A stretch of DNA of 49,994 nucleotides, taken from positions 1-49,994 of the forward strand of contig JBBQPO010000010.1 of assembly GCA_038217285.1 (NCBI GenBank), in the 5' to 3' direction. This stretch comes from Chthonomonadales bacterium (GTDB lineage: Bacteria; Armatimonadota; Chthonomonadetes; Chthonomonadales; Chthonomonadaceae). Positions within the stretch are counted from its first letter, which is position 1. Each line of letters opens with the position of its first letter. The notes beneath the pieces were generated by a model. The model worked only from the letters and a program-made list of their open reading frames with translations. It was not told the origin of the DNA and made no database searches. This document shows positions 47,820-49,994 of the stretch, piece by piece. Position numbers and translations under genes: made by a program.

Positions 47820-47884
47820 CGTGGGAATAGACTGCGTTCCGGTAGGGTATGCACCAATGAGAAAGGCAAGAACAGGCAAAAGGG
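47820..47884 (+). repeat. Copy 1 of a 65-bp direct repeat containing an ECF-type promoter and leader
   Basis: 55/65 identical without gaps to 49453-49517 (manual alignment); contains GGAATA-N17-GTAT. Confidence 0.85.
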
Positions 47885-47890
47885 ATTCTT

Positions 47891-48940
47891 ATGAATATTT
47901 TCATTAGCTCTATACTCGGGGTTGTCTTTCTCGGATTGGGCGCTGCCTCTACGTTCTTGATGTACTACCTCTGGGGGTTTCCCTTCGACAAGGCGACTCG
48001 CACCAGTACGGCTCCGAAGTCGCTGATGCGCCTGCACCGCGTCCTCGGTTATGCGTATGCAGTCATTTATATCATCATGATGACGCAGATGGTGCCGCGT
48101 ATGTGGCAGTACCAGGTCGAATTGCCGCCGCGTACGGTAGCACATTTGATCCTGGGGTTTCTGATCGGCGCTATACTCCTGCTCAAGATCTCGATCGTCC
48201 GTTTCTTTCGCCATCTTGAGGAATGGGCGCCCTTTCTTGGAACGGCGATGTTCGTCTGTACGGTGCTGCTCCTTGGCCTCTCGCTGCCCGCCGCCTACCA
48301 CGAAGGGAAGCTGGCCTCCAGCGCCGTGGGCGGTGGCGTTTACAGTGCAGAGGACCGGAAGCGCGTGGCCGACATCCTCCCTCTCGCCGATCTCCCAGCG
48401 GGGGCTTCGGTCGCGGAGATTACGACGGAGGCCGGTCTGCGCGCAGGGCGCTCCGTGCTGCTGGACCAATGCGTGCGCTGCCACGACCTCAAGACGGTCC
48501 TGACTCGGCCTCGTACGCCGGATGACTGGGTCACGACAGTCGGCCGTATGGCCCTAAAACCGGCGATGTTTGCCCCTATCAGCGCGCGAGAGCAGCTCTT
48601 TGTGAGCGCCTATCTGATCGCGATCACCCCGGATCTGCAAAAGTCGGCGCAGAACAAGATGCAGCAGGCGGACTCCCAACGACAGGTGCAACAGGCGACG
48701 ACAGCCGCAGTAGACAAGAAATTGGAACGTGAAGTTGAACCTGCACTGGCACAAGCAACATTCCAAAAAGTCTGTTCACAATGCCATGCCGTCACCGAGG
48801 TGGATAGATCACCACCGAGAACTGAAGCGACGATTCAGTCCGTGATGGAACGGATGAGCGTAAACGGCATGAAGGCCACCCCGAAGGAAATTCGGGCTAT
48901 TCGGTCTTACCTAACGAAGACCTACGTAAAGTCTCCGTGA
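47891..48940 (+). CDS. Membrane protein (four TM helices with His residues) fused to two c-type heme domains
   Basis: LHRVLGY and VAHLILG TM helices; CVRCH and CSQCH, each followed by W/I...V.RM. Confidence 0.85.
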   Translation: MNIFISSILGVVFLGLGAASTFLMYYLWGFPFDKATRTSTAPKSLMRLHRVLGYAYAVIYIIMMTQMVPRMWQYQVELPPRTVAHLILGFLIGAILLLKISIVRFFRHLEEWAPFLGTAMFVCTVLLLGLSLPAAYHEGKLASSAVGGGVYSAEDRKRVADILPLADLPAGASVAEITTEAGLRAGRSVLLDQCVRCHDLKTVLTRPRTPDDWVTTVGRMALKPAMFAPISAREQLFVSAYLIAITPDLQKSAQNKMQQADSQRQVQQATTAAVDKKLEREVEPALAQATFQKVCSQCHAVTEVDRSPPRTEATIQSVMERMSVNGMKATPKEIRAIRSYLTKTYVKSP

Positions 48941-49002
48941 CAGAACACACTGTAGGGACGTCCGTCAAAAGTGACGTTCCATTCCCCATAGGAGGAATGA
49001 CC

Positions 49003-49422
49003 GTGATGAACATACGACACTACATGCTCTCCAGACGCAGGCGAAGAGAATTCACCTGCATACGTTTCCGGAGGATCTCTCGGGGACTCTGCGGCGCCCT
49101 CTGCCTATTGCCACTCCTTCATACCGACTTCGTAGAAGCCCAGAAGCCGCAGGGCAAACCGAAGCCTCATACTCCGCCAACGAAGGCGAAGGCAAGTTCC
49201 ACTGCAGGCCACACTCTGTTTCTGCAAAACTGTTCTCCCTGTCACGGCGCAAAGGGGCAGGGCGGCGAAGGCCCCAACCTGCAGGTTCTGACGCTGAGCG
49301 ATGCACTGATCAGCACAACGATCAAGAAAGGCATTAAAGGAGAGATGCCTGCTTTTGGAAGCAAATTCAAAGATGCCGATGTGAAGGCGCTGACCGCCTA
49401 TATTCATTCCATCAAAAAGTGA
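49003..49422 (+). CDS. Monoheme cytochrome c
   Basis: LFLQNCSPCHG...GPNL...MPAF; RBS AGGAGG; exact start uncertain (48997, 49003 or 49006). Confidence 0.85.
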   Translation: MMNIRHYMLSRRRRREFTCIRFRRISRGLCGALCLLPLLHTDFVEAQKPQGKPKPHTPPTKAKASSTAGHTLFLQNCSPCHGAKGQGGEGPNLQVLTLSDALISTTIKKGIKGEMPAFGSKFKDADVKALTAYIHSIKK

Positions 49423-49452
49423 GGAGAAGGTGAATTGGTTGGCATCATTCCA

Positions 49453-49517
49453 CGTGGGAATAGCCTGCGTACCAGAAGGGAATCCGCCCGTGAGAGAGGC
49501 AAGAACAGGCAAAAGGG
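49453..49517 (+). repeat. Copy 2 of the 65-bp direct repeat
   Basis: Matches 47820-47884; the -10-like element reads GAAT instead of GTAT. Confidence 0.85.
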
Positions 49518-49594
49518 GTCTATAATAGAAAACTATGTTTCTATTCGTGTGAGACGGGTCCGAAAGGTATCTTGGGTCTACGGGAGGGGGTAGA

Positions 49595-49981
49595 TTGTCT
49601 GACGAGATCCGTACAAAACGCTATGAGCGCTGCATACTGCCCCATAGCTCCGCCGCCTATAACCTGGCGCACTGGCTGCTGGGGAACGCGCAGGACGCCG
49701 AGGATGTGACGCAAGAAGCGTTCGTGCGCGCCTACAAACACCTGGATCGCCTGCGTGGCGAGGAGGCGTGTGCCTGGCTTTTGACGATCGTGCGGAATGA
49801 GTGTTATGACTGGCTGCGTCAGCATCGAGCCCAAAAGAACACGCTTTCTCTGGAATTGACGTTTAGACTATTTTCGCCCGTCCGAAATGGCGTTCACAGA
49901 CGATTTGAGATCGGAAACCCTAACTCTAATGAAATGCTATGGATTTATGGCACTCTGGTACAGCGAACGGGCTATACCTAA
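49595..49981 (+). pseudogene. ECF sigma factor, truncated after region 2
   Basis: AAYNLAHWLLGNAQDAEDVTQEAFVRA...AWLLTIVRNECYD; after ~49857 the sequence turns AT-richer and stops with no region 4. Confidence 0.8.
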
Positions 49982-49994
49982 CACGCCATAAATT

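Noticed and set aside
47624-48484. 610-aa version of the metallophosphoesterase
   Set aside because: The extension is antisense to the cytochrome gene; RBS and Tat signal place the start at 47623.

Overview
GC-rich bacterial chromosomal window, probably Armatimonadota (inferred from the DUF1559 prepilin-like gene with the [22 protein letters not shown] motif, a PEP-CTERM protein and a SARP/BTAD-STAND regulator). It is mostly accessory genes. Main blocks: (i) PEP-CTERM and secreted genes divergent from a BTAD-ATPase-TPR regulator; (ii) a membrane-anchored protein with seven zinc ribbons; (iii) a GntR/LacI regulator with an epimerase and two aldo-keto reductases, divergent from a DUF1559 gene; (iv) the best candidate for an undescribed system, a co-oriented ECF sigma / lipoprotein / soluble zinc-finger anti-sigma / TPR-CHAT (caspase-like) protease / secreted subtilase cluster with a shared upstream motif; (v) a secreted His-hendecad protein, a YHS protein and an octaheme cytochrome; (vi) a C39 peptidase-esterase fusion split by an in-frame TGA; (vii) GH51 arabinofuranosidase and metK with a SAM-I riboswitch; (viii) diheme peroxidase-like, SBBP/FG-GAP and small enzyme genes; (ix) a metallophosphoesterase/cytochrome/ECF cluster with repeated GGAATA-N17-GTA promoters. 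Two junctions (~21580 and ~42715) each fuse a pair of 5'-truncated divergent genes. No rRNA, tRNA, CRISPR array or intact transposase was seen. All family calls come from motif recognition by eye, not from database searches.
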